This document shows positions 62,705 through 64,000 of a stretch of DNA of 64,000 bases, piece after piece; the first letter of the stretch is position 1; every line of letters starts with the position of its first letter. Made by a program: the position numbers and the translations under genes. A model generated the notes under the pieces. It searched no databases, was not told where the DNA came from, and saw nothing but the letters and a program-made list of their open reading frames with translations. Location: contig NMRA01000020.1 of NCBI GenBank assembly GCA_002633005.1, positions 1,335,650-1,399,649 of the forward strand, given 5' to 3'. Source of the DNA: Phoronis australis (lineage: Eukaryota; Animalia; Phoronida).

Positions 62705-63710
62705 TTTTTATGCGCCCACATATTTATATGTGGACGCATTATGCCGTCATCTCCGTACGTCCGTCCGGGCGGCGTCCGGCGTCCGGCGTCTGGCGTCCGG
62801 CGTCCGCTGCTCTATCTCCAAAACCCTTTGACATACGTTCATGAAATTTGGCACATATGTTCCATTCATGAATGGGACGGCATGTGCGAACTTTCGGACG
62901 GATCCGACTACCGGTGTGCCCCCTAGTGGCAATTTTAGTTTTTTACGCTTACCTTTGTATCTTCAAAAGTCCTGAACGGATTTTCATGAAATTTGGTATG
63001 TAGGCACCTATTAGTGAGATGACGCTATCCTGCCGTTTTCAGATGGATTCGACATAGTTTGCGCCACCTAGTGGCCATTTTTAGTGTTTTCGAGTCTGTT
63101 TTTGTGCGTCCACCCCTCTATCAACCAAACCGCTCAAAGAATGATTGTGAAAATTGGCATGTATATGCTTACTATGTAGAGGATGGTTGACGATGATTTT
63201 CCGACGATTTCGACTACTGTGGCGCCTCCTAGTGGCAGTTTTGTTTTTTTTGCGCCTATGGCTGTATCTCCTAAACCGTTCGCAGGATCNNNNNNNNNNN
63301 NNNNNNNNNNNNNNNNNNNNNNNNNNNNNNNNNNNNNNNNNNNNNNNNNNNNNNNNNNNNNNNNNNNNNNNNNNNNNNNNNNNNNNNNNNNNNNNNNNNN
63401 NNNNNNNNNNNNNNNNNNNNNNNNNNNNNNNNNNNNNNNNNNNNNNNNNNNNNNNNNNNNNNNNNNNNNNNNNNNNNNNNNNNNNNNNNNNNNNNNNNNN
63501 NNNNNNNNNNNNNNNNNNNNNNNNNNNNNNNNNNNNNNNNNNNNNNNNNNNNNNNNNNNNNNNNNNNNNNNNNNNNNNNNNNNNNNNNNNNNNNNNNNNN
63601 NNNNNNNNNNNNNNNNNNNNNNNNNNNNNNNNNNNNNNNNNNNNNNNNNNNNNNNNNNNNNNNNNNNGCCTCTAGTGGCAATTTTAGTATTTGCCTCTAG
63701 TGGCAATTTA
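62705..63710 (+). mobile_element. HINE element with intact 5' end; array interrupted by the gap
   Basis: TTTTTATGCGCCCACATAT-TT-ATATGTGGACGCAT hairpin, GTCC/GCGTCCG microsatellite, then the same ABC monomers as 32690-35741. Confidence 0.88.
63290..63667. other. Assembly gap
   Basis: Run of N inside the HINE array. Confidence 0.99.
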
Positions 63711-64000
63711 TAGTATTTTACATTGACCTCTGTATTTTCATAGGTCTTCAGGTGTATACTTTGTGTTACTTCGTGACTATGAAGGAAAAGTTCCAAGTAG
63801 AAATTTGTTTCTGGCATTCTAATGCTATGCTAATCTCGTATGTTGGTAAATTTGTTTTTATTCTATGTTTCTGTGGTGCTTTAAGCAACTGGTGTATAGG
63901 ATGTGCTTGTATTATGAAGATTACTCACATTTTGCCCCTAGCCTATTGAGGAGACAATGACCATGCCTTTCCATTTTGCTAAGTACAACATACTACATAT

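Overview
AT-rich animal (bilaterian invertebrate-like) nuclear scaffold with two N gaps (16110-16980, 63290-63667), spliceosomal introns and dense non-autonomous DNA transposons; nothing prokaryotic. Supported genes, all on the minus strand: (i) a 3-exon, 152-aa GPI-anchored Ly6/uPAR three-finger (quiver/sleepless-like) gene (CDS 22593-22515, 12356-12210, 11758-11526; exon 1 linkage inferred); (ii) two diverged paralogous, essentially single-exon ORFs of a family I do not recognise (6232-7665 and 17805-18974/19169). The pair shows strong synonymous-codon evidence of purifying selection and a shared layout: hydrophobic N-domain, polybasic patch, variable linker, beta-patterned C-domain. One copy lies inside the inferred Ly6 intron 1. 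From about 28-29 kb onward the non-TE DNA is visibly CpG-depleted and lacks credible ORFs, consistent with a large intron of a methylated plus-strand gene starting near 27.6 kb. TEs include two Kolobok deletion derivatives (THAP plus KolX remnants, TTAA TSD), an inverted pair of 2.4-kb Tc2/pogo-like elements, Helentron-type HINEs whose ~140-160-bp tandem monomers each carry a co-oriented CTCF-consensus motif, Harbinger-, hAT- and MULE-like MITEs, a TG..CA element with a 6-bp TSD, and a P-element-type excision footprint. All alignments were done by eye; no database searches were run.
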